From the NCBI GenBank assembly GCA_023252275.1, contig JAHHGO010000003.1, positions 1 to 38,495 of the forward strand: a stretch of 38,495 nucleotides of DNA. Direction: 5' to 3'. Below the pieces are notes generated by a model. That model was not told the origin of the DNA and did not search any database. It saw only the letters and a program-made list of their open reading frames with translations. The position numbers and the translations under genes were made by a program. This stretch comes from Alphaproteobacteria bacterium (GTDB lineage: Bacteria > Pseudomonadota > Alphaproteobacteria > UBA11222). This document shows positions 9,744 to 18,368 of this stretch, in pieces; positions within the stretch are counted from its first letter, which is position 1, and every line of letters starts with the position of its first letter.

Positions 9744-11204
9744 TCAGCGTTTGACCTGCGACAATAATATTTTTCTCAGGCGCGGCGTAAATGGCGGGCG
9801 CATGAAACGGCCCAGATCGAAACGCCGGCCCTGTTCAAACACTGCCTTGGCATGGCTGAAGTTTTTGAATCCGTCATGGCCATGATAGGATCCCATGCCG
9901 CTGGCGCCTACGCCGCCGAATGGTAAATCCTCCTGGGCGACATGCATCATGACATCATTGACGGCAACGCCGCCGGACGTCGTGCGGTTCAGCACCCGCG
10001 ATTGTTCCACTTTATCCTCGCCGAAATAATACAGGGCCAGCGGTCGCGGATGGGTATTGATATAATCGATGGCCTCATCAACGCCCGAATAGGTTTTCAC
10101 CATCAGCAGCGGGCCAAAAATCTCTTCCTGGGCGATCTTCATGTCTTCGGTCACATCCAGAAGAAGCGTAGGCGGAATTTTATGCGCCGGCTGTTGTGAG
10201 AAATCTTCATTGGCCGGATTAATTTCAACAATCCGCGCACCCTTTGATTGCGCGTCGCTAATATAGCCCTGCAACCGGTCATAATGACGCTGGTTGATTA
10301 CGGACGTATAGTCGGGATTGTCTTTCAGGCTTGGATACATGGCTGCAACCGAGTGTTTAGCGGAAGATACAAAGGCTTCTTCGGACCCTTTGGGAACGAA
10401 AACATAATCGGGCGCGAGGCAGATTTGCCCGGCGTTCAGCATTTTGCCATTCATGATACGGTCGGTTGACATTTGCATCGCGGCTGACCGGCCAATGATG
10501 GTAGGCGATTTGCCGCCAAGCTCAAGCGTAACCGGCACCAGATTTTCGGCCGCTGCGCGCATGATATGTTTACCAACGGCCGTGGCGCCGATAAAAATAA
10601 TATGGTCGAAGGGCAGGGCGCTGAACGCCTGGCCCACATCCGGGCCGCCGGTGAACACCGCCACTTCGTTTTCGTCATAGGCGCTGGAAAACATGCGCGC
10701 CAGCAGTTCAGAGGCGCGCGGAGTATATTCGGATGGCTTCATCATCACCCGGTTGCCGGCTGAAAAAATTCCGGCGAGCGGCGAGAATGTCATGGCCATG
10801 GGAAAATTCCAGGGCGTAATCAGGCCAACCGTACCGAGCGGCTGATATTCCACCCGCGCTTTTCCACCCGCCAGATTCATCGGAAACATGGCCGAGCGCC
10901 TTTCCGGCCGCATCCATTTGCGCAGATATTTTTTCGCGTCTCTCAAACCGCCCAGACTGCCGACGACGTCCGACATGATCGACTGATCCGTGCTGCGATA
11001 TCCAAAATCGGCGCTCAGCGCCGCGCAGATTTCATCCTTATGATCGACGATAAGGCCGATGGCGCGGTTGATACGATCTATGCGCAGTTCTGCGCTGGGG
11101 GCGCCCTCACGAATATGCGCCTGCTTCTGGCGCTCCAGCACGGCGCGCATCCGCACCTCGACATTGGAGGAATCGGACTGGGGACTGGCTTGTGATGTGC
11201 TCAT
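9744..11204 (-). CDS. calB: Coniferyl aldehyde dehydrogenase-like NAD(P)-dependent aldehyde dehydrogenase
   Basis: PWNFP, MKPSE, TLELGGKSP, NAGQICLAPDY, QEEIFGP and PFGGVGASGMGSYHG. Class-3/CalB-like; the substrate is not established. Confidence 0.8.
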   Translation of the reverse strand: MSTSQASPQSDSSNVEVRMRAVLERQKQAHIREGAPSAELRIDRINRAIGLIVDHKDEICAALSADFGYRSTDQSIMSDVVGSLGGLRDAKKYLRKWMRPERRSAMFPMNLAGGKARVEYQPLGTVGLITPWNFPMAMTFSPLAGIFSAGNRVMMKPSEYTPRASELLARMFSSAYDENEVAVFTGGPDVGQAFSALPFDHIIFIGATAVGKHIMRAAAENLVPVTLELGGKSPTIIGRSAAMQMSTDRIMNGKMLNAGQICLAPDYVFVPKGSEEAFVSSAKHSVAAMYPSLKDNPDYTSVINQRHYDRLQGYISDAQSKGARIVEINPANEDFSQQPAHKIPPTLLLDVTEDMKIAQEEIFGPLLMVKTYSGVDEAIDYINTHPRPLALYYFGEDKVEQSRVLNRTTSGGVAVNDVMMHVAQEDLPFGGVGASGMGSYHGHDGFKNFSHAKAVFEQGRRFDLGRFMRPPFTPRLRKILLSQVKR

Positions 11205-11332
11205 GCGGATACCCTGTCAGTGAATAAGGTTGATAAGGATTATAGTTCACTCTGGAAGAAAATCCGATAGGATTGTGACGGTGGGCTTAACCCGGACCTA
11301 TCAATTCTGATCATAGTTTGCGGAGACGGATC

Positions 11333-12124
11333 ATGGACTATCAGCATATCCTGTTTACACGGTCCGATGGGGTCGGCCATATCTCCTTTAATTCACCTGC
11401 AACGCTTAATGCGCTGACCCGCGCTATGCTGCATGAATTTGAGGCCGCGCTGGATATATGCAACGCCCCCGATAGCGGCATTCGCTGCCTGCTGCTCACT
11501 GGGGAGGGGCGGGGTTTTTCCTCCGGCATGAATTTGGCGGATCCCGGCGGCCCCAAATTGCCGCAGCCGGATGCGGGACAGATATTGGACGAAATTTTCA
11601 ATACACTGATGCTGAAGCTGCGGGATATGGAGATTCCCATCGTTGTGGGGCTGCATGGGGCAACGGCGGGGATCACCATGAGTATTGCGCTGATGGGGGA
11701 TATTATCCTGGCGGCGCGTTCGGCCTATCTGTTGCAGCCGTTCGCCAATATCGGCCTGATACCCGATGGCGGCGCCACCTGGCTGCTGCCGCGCATGCTG
11801 GGCAAGGCGCGGGCGTTTGAACTGTCGCTGCTGGGCGATCGGCTGCCCGCTGAAAAAGCGCTGGCCTGGGGCCTGATCAATGATGTCCAGGACGATCACA
11901 AATTGCGCGATGCGGCGATTGCCATGGCGCGCCGTCTGGCGCAAGGCCCAACCCGTGCCTATGCGCTGACCCGCAAGGCGTTCTGGGAAGGCTTTGATAA
12001 TTCGTTTACGGAACAATTACTGATAGAGCGCATGCATCAGCGCACCGCCAGCCGAACCGAAGACGCGAAGGGGGCCGTGCGCGCGTTTTTGAACAAGCAG
12101 CCTCCCAAATTTACCGGACAATAA
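11333..12124 (+). CDS. Enoyl-CoA hydratase/isomerase family protein (PaaG-like)
   Basis: LTGEGRGFSSGMNL and IGLIPDGGATWLLPR (Asp-type active site, lacking the canonical Glu pair). ATG at 11333 follows a GGAG; the track uses TTG at 11318. Confidence 0.88.
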   Translation: MDYQHILFTRSDGVGHISFNSPATLNALTRAMLHEFEAALDICNAPDSGIRCLLLTGEGRGFSSGMNLADPGGPKLPQPDAGQILDEIFNTLMLKLRDMEIPIVVGLHGATAGITMSIALMGDIILAARSAYLLQPFANIGLIPDGGATWLLPRMLGKARAFELSLLGDRLPAEKALAWGLINDVQDDHKLRDAAIAMARRLAQGPTRAYALTRKAFWEGFDNSFTEQLLIERMHQRTASRTEDAKGAVRAFLNKQPPKFTGQ

Positions 12125-12137
12125 AGGGTGCCGATAG

Positions 12138-13232
12138 ATGCGGCTGCGCAATAACGTACAAACCTATGGCCTTGTTGCCAGAGCTTTTCACTGGGGCGCG
12201 GCGCTTCTGGTGTTTATATTGCTGCCGCTTGGCTGGTATATGCATGAGCTGCCGCTCGGGCTGGCGCGCTATCGCTATGTGGAGTGGCACAAATCGCTTG
12301 GCCTGCTTCTGTTGATCCTGATGCTGGGCCGCAGCCTGTGGCGGGCCTTCAATCCGCCGCCGCAGCTGCCGGACACATTGCCGCGCTGGGAATTACTGGC
12401 CGCCAAACTGACGCATTGGGCATTATATGGCGCGCTGTTATTACAGGTTTCTGCCGGCATGGCGCTGGTGTGGGCGGCCAATTCTCCGCTGCTGTTTTTT
12501 GGCTGGTTCGCCGTACCCAGTCCGATAGATGCCGATAAACCTCTGCGGCATTTGATGGAGGAAGCACACGAGCTGCTGGCCTTTGTCATCGTCCTGTTGC
12601 TGTTAATGCATATTGGCGCGGCATTGCGGCATCATTTTATTCTGAAGAATGATATTTTGCAGCGTATGCTGGGCATGTTTCTGATTGTAGGCGGGGCGAT
12701 CGGCGTCAGGCCGGCAGAGGCGGCGATGTGGAATGTGCAGAAATCCAGCCAGTTGCTGTTTCATTTCACACAAAGCAGCCTGCCCTATACGGGCAAGTTT
12801 GAACAGTTCGAAGCGCGTATTGATTTTGATCCGGACAGGCCGGAGGAGGGACGCATTAATGTAATGATTGATATGGCCAGCCTTGATACGCAAAATTCCG
12901 AACGCGACACGATTTTACGTTCGGCTGAAATGTTTGACGCCGAAAAATTTCCCCAAGCGCAATTTGTTGCGGACAAGATCCGGGCCATTGCTCCGGGCAA
13001 ATATGAGGCGGTGGGCATTCTGACCATTCGGGACATTTCTCAGGCGCTGATATTGCCTTTTGATCTAAAGATTGAAAAAGATGCCGCCAATGGTGATCAT
13101 GCCAGCGCCGCGGGAAGCATTGCAATTTCCCGGCGCGATTTCGGCCTGGCGCGCGGGCAATGGGAGGCGGCGGATATTGTGGCCGATGAGGTTAAGATTG
13201 AAATCAGGTTGGAAGCCGCGCAACAGCGGTAA
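12138..13232 (+). CDS. Cytochrome b561 (YceJ-like)-YceI fusion protein
   Basis: N-half has heme-ligand His motifs FHW, WHKSLG, THWALY, AHE..HIGAALRHH. C-half is a YceI beta-barrel (GKFEQF, IDMASLDT..SERD, FDAEKFP, GILTIRD, ISRRDFGL). Confidence 0.88.
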   Translation: MRLRNNVQTYGLVARAFHWGAALLVFILLPLGWYMHELPLGLARYRYVEWHKSLGLLLLILMLGRSLWRAFNPPPQLPDTLPRWELLAAKLTHWALYGALLLQVSAGMALVWAANSPLLFFGWFAVPSPIDADKPLRHLMEEAHELLAFVIVLLLLMHIGAALRHHFILKNDILQRMLGMFLIVGGAIGVRPAEAAMWNVQKSSQLLFHFTQSSLPYTGKFEQFEARIDFDPDRPEEGRINVMIDMASLDTQNSERDTILRSAEMFDAEKFPQAQFVADKIRAIAPGKYEAVGILTIRDISQALILPFDLKIEKDAANGDHASAAGSIAISRRDFGLARGQWEAADIVADEVKIEIRLEAAQQR

Positions 13233-13258
13233 TCGACACCAACATAAGGGGAGATAAA

Positions 13259-13852
13259 ATGCTGAATTCGAAACGCCTATTGCCGGTTTTTCTAATGCTT
13301 CTGACGCCAGCAAGCCTAGCCTTGCCAGCGTCGGCGGCGGACCAATATCTGCTCGACGCCAGCCATACATCGGTGATGTTTGGCGTGTCGCATCTCGGAT
13401 TTTCCAGGGCTCTGGGAACATTCAACAAGGTTGAAGGCGCTTTAACGCTGGATGCGGAAGAGCCGGAAAAATCATCCGTGGTCGTTACAATTGACGCCGC
13501 CAGCATAGACACCAATCACGCCGAACGCGATGAACATATGCGCAATAAGGATTTCTTCGATGTCGCGCAGTTTCCAACGCTTATCTATAAAAGCACATCA
13601 GTGAAAGTGACGGGCGACAAGACCGCCACCATCACCGGCGATCTGACACTGCATGGGGTCACGAAAGCTGTTCCGCTGGAAGTGACGCTGGTAAAGGCCG
13701 GGCCGCATCCGGTCGATAAAACCCGGACGATTGCCGGTTTTTCTGCGCGCGGCACGTTGAAACGCTCTGAATTCGGCATGACCTACGGCCTGCCTTTGCT
13801 GGGTGATGAGGTTGAGATCATCATCGACTCGGAAACCATCAAGCAGCCTTAG
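13259..13852 (+). CDS. yceI: YceI family periplasmic polyisoprenoid-binding protein
   Basis: Signal peptide; LDASHTSVMFGVSHLGFS, ASIDTNHAERDEHMR, GDLTLHGVTK and LKRSEFGM. Confidence 0.92.
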   Translation: MLNSKRLLPVFLMLLTPASLALPASAADQYLLDASHTSVMFGVSHLGFSRALGTFNKVEGALTLDAEEPEKSSVVVTIDAASIDTNHAERDEHMRNKDFFDVAQFPTLIYKSTSVKVTGDKTATITGDLTLHGVTKAVPLEVTLVKAGPHPVDKTRTIAGFSARGTLKRSEFGMTYGLPLLGDEVEIIIDSETIKQP

Positions 13853-13853
13853 G

Positions 13854-14219
13854 CTATTTTTTACGCTTACGGCGCGGGGCTTTTTTTTTGGCCCAGTCAA
13901 GCGCTGCCGCATGCGCTTTTCCGGCCCATTCGGCCAGCGCTTCCGCATCATCATACAGCGCATCCGGTATGGTGTAGTAAGACATGGTCGTGGTACGGCC
14001 ATTTTTGCTTTCATAGATGAAGGCGTTCTGAGCGGCGGCCTCATAATCGGCGCGGTTGTGATCATTCACTTTCAGATAGATCTGCTCTTCAATGACCAGG
14101 CCGATCATCAGATCATCGCAAAAAATCCCGGCGGCCCCAAACATGCTGCGAAGCCGGACCGGTCCAAAGCCCGTAAACAGTTCGCGCACATATTCGCGAT
14201 ATTCTTCGCTGATGGCCAC
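13854..14219 (-). CDS. TfoX/Sxy N-terminal domain protein
   Basis: RSMFGAAGIF, IYLKV and MSYYTIP..LYDD..ALAEWA motifs; GTG start; basic C-terminal tail. Confidence 0.85.
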   Translation of the reverse strand: MAISEEYREYVRELFTGFGPVRLRSMFGAAGIFCDDLMIGLVIEEQIYLKVNDHNRADYEAAAQNAFIYESKNGRTTTMSYYTIPDALYDDAEALAEWAGKAHAAALDWAKKKAPRRKRKK

Positions 14220-14227
14220 GGATAGAC

Positions 14228-14623
14228 TCAGCTAACCCGGAAGGATTCTCCGCAGCCGCAAGTGTCCACGGCATTGGGATTTTTGAATATAAAACCGGAT
14301 TCGAATTTATCGGTTTTGTAATCCATCTCGGTGCCGATCAGAAACAGCACCGCCTTGGGATCGATCAGTATCGTCACATCCTTGTCTTCGACCTTTTCAT
14401 CGAGCGGATTTATATCCGATGCATATTCCATGGCATAGGACATGCCGGCGCAACCGGTATTTTTGACGCTGATGCGCACGCCCACAACCTTGCCTTCGGC
14501 GCGGCTCATGATTTCCTTTACCCGCGTGGCGGCGGCGTCACTGAGGGTAATGGCTTTCGGGCGCGGGCGCGCGGCCCTGCCCGCGGGCTTGCCGGAGTTG
14601 CCGTCAGTTATTTCCATAGCCAT
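14228..14623 (-). CDS. sufA: A-type Fe-S carrier (SufA/IscA, HesB family)
   Basis: GCAGMSY and NPNAVDTCGCGESF. Confidence 0.93.
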   Translation of the reverse strand: MAMEITDGNSGKPAGRAARPRPKAITLSDAAATRVKEIMSRAEGKVVGVRISVKNTGCAGMSYAMEYASDINPLDEKVEDKDVTILIDPKAVLFLIGTEMDYKTDKFESGFIFKNPNAVDTCGCGESFRVS

Positions 14624-14638
14624 TGCTTCCTTGCCTTT

Positions 14639-15034
14639 TCAAAACATGTCCAGCGCGATTTGCGCCTCGTCCGACATGCGCGACTTATCCCAGGGCGGAT
14701 CAAACACCATATGCACCTCGCATCCGCGCACGCCCGAAACCTGCAACACCGCGTCACGCACCCATACGGGCATTTCGCCCGCGACCGGGCAGGCGGGCGC
14801 GGTTAATGTCATATCAATATCGACCATGCCCTGTTCGTTGATATCAAGCCGGTAAATCAGCCCCAGTTCATATATATCAACGGGAATTTCCGGATCGTAA
14901 ACGGTCTTGATGGCGGCCACGATCGCATCATGCAGCAGATACGGATCCACATTCCCGGACGTCTCTATGACGGATGCTGATTTTGGCGCTTCCTGATCCA
15001 TATCCATTGTCTGCCCTGTTTCCCGTCTATCCAA
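14639..15034 (-). CDS. sufT: SUF system Fe-S assembly protein SufT (DUF59)
   Basis: VYDPEIPVDIYELGLIY, MTLTAPACP and FDPPW. The true start may be a later ATG. Confidence 0.92.
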   Translation of the reverse strand: MDRRETGQTMDMDQEAPKSASVIETSGNVDPYLLHDAIVAAIKTVYDPEIPVDIYELGLIYRLDINEQGMVDIDMTLTAPACPVAGEMPVWVRDAVLQVSGVRGCEVHMVFDPPWDKSRMSDEAQIALDMF

Positions 15035-16286
15035 ATAATTTGCGGCAATCTTCCAATGCGCGCACCAGAATGTCGACTTCTTCTTTTGTATTATATAATC
15101 CGAATGAAGCCCGCGCCGTGGCGGTTACACCCAGATGTTTCATCAGCGGTTCGGCGCAATGCTGGCCCGAGCGGACGGCCACCCCGGACTGATCGATGAT
15201 GGTGGCCACATCATGCGGATGAATGCCGTCAATGCCAAAGGAAATGATGGCGCCTTTTTCCCGCGCCTCGCCATAGATGGTCAGAGCGTTGATTTCCTTC
15301 AGCCGCGCGGTCGCATAATCCAGCAAAGATTTTTCATGCGCGGCCACCGCTTTGCGGTCCAGCGATTGCATAAAATCAATGGCGGCGCCCAGGCCGATGG
15401 CCTGCACAATAGGCATGGTGCCCGCTTCAAAACGGAATGGCGGATCGGCGTAGGTTATGGTGTCGCGGGTAACCTGCCGGATCATTTCGCCGCCGCCCAG
15501 AAAAGGCGGCATGGCGTTAAGATGCGTGGATTTTCCGTACAATACGCCAATGCCGGTCGGGCCATATACTTTGTGCCCGGTGAAAGCATAAAAATCGCAA
15601 TCCATATCCTGCACATCGATTGGCAGATGCGGCGCGGCCTGACTGCCATCGACCAGAACCGGCACGCCCTGTGCGTGCGCCAGCCGGACAATTTCCTTGA
15701 TAGGCGTGATGGTGCCCAGCACATTCGATACATGGGTGATGGTCACCAGTTTCGCGCGCGGCGACAGAAGTTTTTCAAATTCATCCAGTTGCAATTCACC
15801 GCGCCCGTCCACCGGAACCCATTTCAGTACCGCGCCCTTATCGGCGCGCAGAAAATGCCAGGGCACGATGTTGGAATGATGCTCCATCACCGACAGAATG
15901 ATTTCATCGCCCGCATTGATGCGGGGGCGGGCGAAACTGGACGCCACCAGATTTAGCGCGCCTGTGGCGTTACTGGTGAAGATGATTTCCGATACATCCC
16001 GCGCATTGATAAAGCCGCGCACTTTTTCCCGCGCCGCTTCATATTTTTCCGTCGCCAGCGTGCTGAGATGATGCGCGCCGCGATGAATATTGGCGTAACT
16101 GGTGCGATAAGTGTCATCCAGCGCATGCAGAACCGATTCCGGTTTTTGCGCCGACGCGGCATTGTCCAGATAGACCAGCGGCTTGCCATTGACGGAAACA
16201 TTCAGAATAGGAAATTGCGCGCGTGCGCGCGCCACATCAAAACCGCTGGCCGGCTGTGCGGATTGCAGATTTACCGTCTTAGACAT
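15027..16286 (-). CDS. sufS: Cysteine desulfurase SufS (group II)
   Basis: YLDNAASAQKP, MEHHSNIVPW, TGHKVYGPTG and RSGQHCA. Confidence 0.96.
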   Translation of the reverse strand: MSKTVNLQSAQPASGFDVARARAQFPILNVSVNGKPLVYLDNAASAQKPESVLHALDDTYRTSYANIHRGAHHLSTLATEKYEAAREKVRGFINARDVSEIIFTSNATGALNLVASSFARPRINAGDEIILSVMEHHSNIVPWHFLRADKGAVLKWVPVDGRGELQLDEFEKLLSPRAKLVTITHVSNVLGTITPIKEIVRLAHAQGVPVLVDGSQAAPHLPIDVQDMDCDFYAFTGHKVYGPTGIGVLYGKSTHLNAMPPFLGGGEMIRQVTRDTITYADPPFRFEAGTMPIVQAIGLGAAIDFMQSLDRKAVAAHEKSLLDYATARLKEINALTIYGEAREKGAIISFGIDGIHPHDVATIIDQSGVAVRSGQHCAEPLMKHLGVTATARASFGLYNTKEEVDILVRALEDCRKLFG

Positions 16287-17594
16287 GCGTCACCGCCAAT
16301 TGCCGCGCCAGCCATGCGCCGATTGCCGCTTGCAACGGGTTCCGGATTTCCGCCGCATCAACTCCATTGCCACCCCGAATTTGGGCCACGGCGTCATCCA
16401 GAAACGCCGCGATCAGCAAGGCGCGCGCCTGCGCCTCGTTGATGCCGCGCGCGCGCAGATAAAACAGCGCGGCCTCATCCAACTGGCCTGCCGACGCGCC
16501 ATGCGCGCATTTTACATCGTCGGCCAGAATTTCAAGCTCCGGCTTGGCGTTTTGCACGGCTTTGGGCGATAAAAGCAGGGCCTTTATCTGCTGACGCGCA
16601 TCGGTGCGCTGCGCAGCTTTGGCCACCCGGATCAGGCCCTGAAACACGCCCTGCGATTGGCCGGCAAGCACATTGCGAAACATTTGCGAACTGCGGCTTG
16701 CGGGCGCCAGATGCGCCATGACGCAGGTGGTGTCACTGAGTTGCGCGCCATCCAGCATGGTGACGCCATTAAGACTGCAATCCGTTTCCGCGCCATTGAT
16801 CGCAATATGCGCTTCATAGCGCGACAGCCGCGCGCCGCGCGTCAGCGTAAATCCGTCATAAGCGCAATGCGCTTCCAGCCGGGCATTGAGATACTGAAAA
16901 TGCAAGGCGTTGGGGCTTTCCGCCTGATCGCGATAATGCGATAGGCGTGCGCCTTCGGCCATATGCACATCGCTGGCCTGATTGACAAAATAATTCGCAT
17001 CTGGCGCGCCATAATGGCTTTCCAGCAGGGTCATGGCGGCGCGGGGCGCCAGCATCACAAGATTGCGAATCTGGGCATTGCCTGTGTTAAAAAAAACCAG
17101 ATGCAGCGGTTTCAAGAGACGCACATCCGGGGCCAGATGAATAAAGGCGCCATCATTCAGCAGCGCGGTGTTCAGCGATAAAAACGCAGCGCCTTCACCC
17201 GCGCTCAGATTTGCAGCCAGACTGGCATCTTCATTTAATGCCGCGCGCAAAGATATGGCGCGAACGCCCGCAGGCAGATCCGCGGACGAATTTTGCAGTA
17301 CGCCGTTGATAAAGGTCAGACGCCAGCAATCAATTGCGGCAAACGGCCCGGCCAGTGGGCTGGCGGTGGAGGGGGCCGGCGCTGAAGGTTTACCCAAATG
17401 ATCATAGAGCGGCGTCAGGTCTGTCCAGCGCCAGGCTTCCTGTTTGCGGGTGGGAAGGCCGGTTTTGGCATAGTGGCGCATGGCGTTCAGACGCAGCTCG
17501 CGCAGGGGCGGGGGCGGGGGGCGCCGGCAAGCCCCGCCTGCTGTGCGGCGATTTCATTTTGCAGTGCGCGTTCGGCTGTGGCGGTCATGTTCAT
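16279..17594 (-). CDS. sufD: Fe-S cluster assembly protein SufD (5' end frameshifted at C-tracts near 17505-17521)
   Basis: Main ORF 16279-17481 has GLPTRKQEAWRWTDL, KPELEILADDVKCAHGA and LFYLRARG. The start coupled to the sufC stop (ATGA, 17594) is 113 nt upstream and out of frame. Confidence 0.88.
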
Positions 17595-18367
17595 GCGCCG
17601 GCCGTGATGCGGGTTTGCGGTGCGGTTTCGCCATAACCTTCGCGGTCCAGTTCCAGCGCCAGTTCCCTGCCGCCGCTGCGGGTGATTTTACCTTTCGCCA
17701 GCACATGCACAAAATCCGGCACAATATGATCCAGAAGCCGCTGATAATGCGTGATCACGATCATCGCCCGGTCCGGGGCGCGCAGACCGCTGATCCCGTC
17801 GCCGACAAGACGCAACGCGTCCACATCCAGACCGGAATCGGTTTCGTCCAGCACCGCGAGCAGCGGCTGCAACACCGCCATTTGCAGAATTTCACAGCGT
17901 TTTTTCTCGCCGCCCGAAAATCCGGTATTCACGGGGCGCTTCAGCATATCGGCGGAAATTTTCAGCTTACCCGCCTCGCGCTGCACCAGTTTCATCACGC
18001 CCATGGCGTCCAGCTCATCCTCGCCGCGAGTCTTGCGCTGCGCATTGATGGCATGTTTCAGAAAGGTCATGGTCGCCACGCCGGGAATTTCCACCGGATA
18101 TTGAAAGCCCAGAAAAATTCCTTTCGCGGCGCGCATTTCAGGCTGCAGCGTGGTCAGATCTTCGCCAAAATAATGGATGCTGCCGCCGGTGATTTCATAG
18201 CCGGGGCGTCCGGCCAGAACATAGGACAGTGTGCTTTTGCCGGACCCGTTAGGCCCCATGATCGCATGCACTTCGCCCGCATTGACCACAAGATCAACGC
18301 CGCGCAGAATTTCCTGCCCGCCAGCGGACACATGCAGATTTTTAATTTCCAGCATTAGTTTGCTCAT
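17591..18367 (-). CDS. sufC: Fe-S cluster assembly ATPase SufC
   Basis: GPNGSGKST, FQYPVEIPGV, GFSGGEKKR, LDETDSGLDVD and ITHYQRLL. Likely start is MSKLMLEIK at 18367, just after the sufB stop. Confidence 0.96.
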   Translation of the reverse strand: MSKLMLEIKNLHVSAGGQEILRGVDLVVNAGEVHAIMGPNGSGKSTLSYVLAGRPGYEITGGSIHYFGEDLTTLQPEMRAAKGIFLGFQYPVEIPGVATMTFLKHAINAQRKTRGEDELDAMGVMKLVQREAGKLKISADMLKRPVNTGFSGGEKKRCEILQMAVLQPLLAVLDETDSGLDVDALRLVGDGISGLRAPDRAMIVITHYQRLLDHIVPDFVHVLAKGKITRSGGRELALELDREGYGETAPQTRITAGA

Positions 18368-18368
18368 C

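Noticed and set aside
13879-13889. Poly-T run as a terminator or phase-variable tract
   Set aside because: It encodes the Lys run of the TfoX C-terminal tail on the minus strand, the frame is intact, and no convincing stem precedes it.
15135-15956. 273-aa plus-strand ORF
   Set aside because: Antisense shadow of sufS with no protein motifs.
17480-18358. 292-aa plus-strand ORF with an RRGGGGGRR start
   Set aside because: Antisense shadow of sufC. The Gly run simply reflects the G-tracts.
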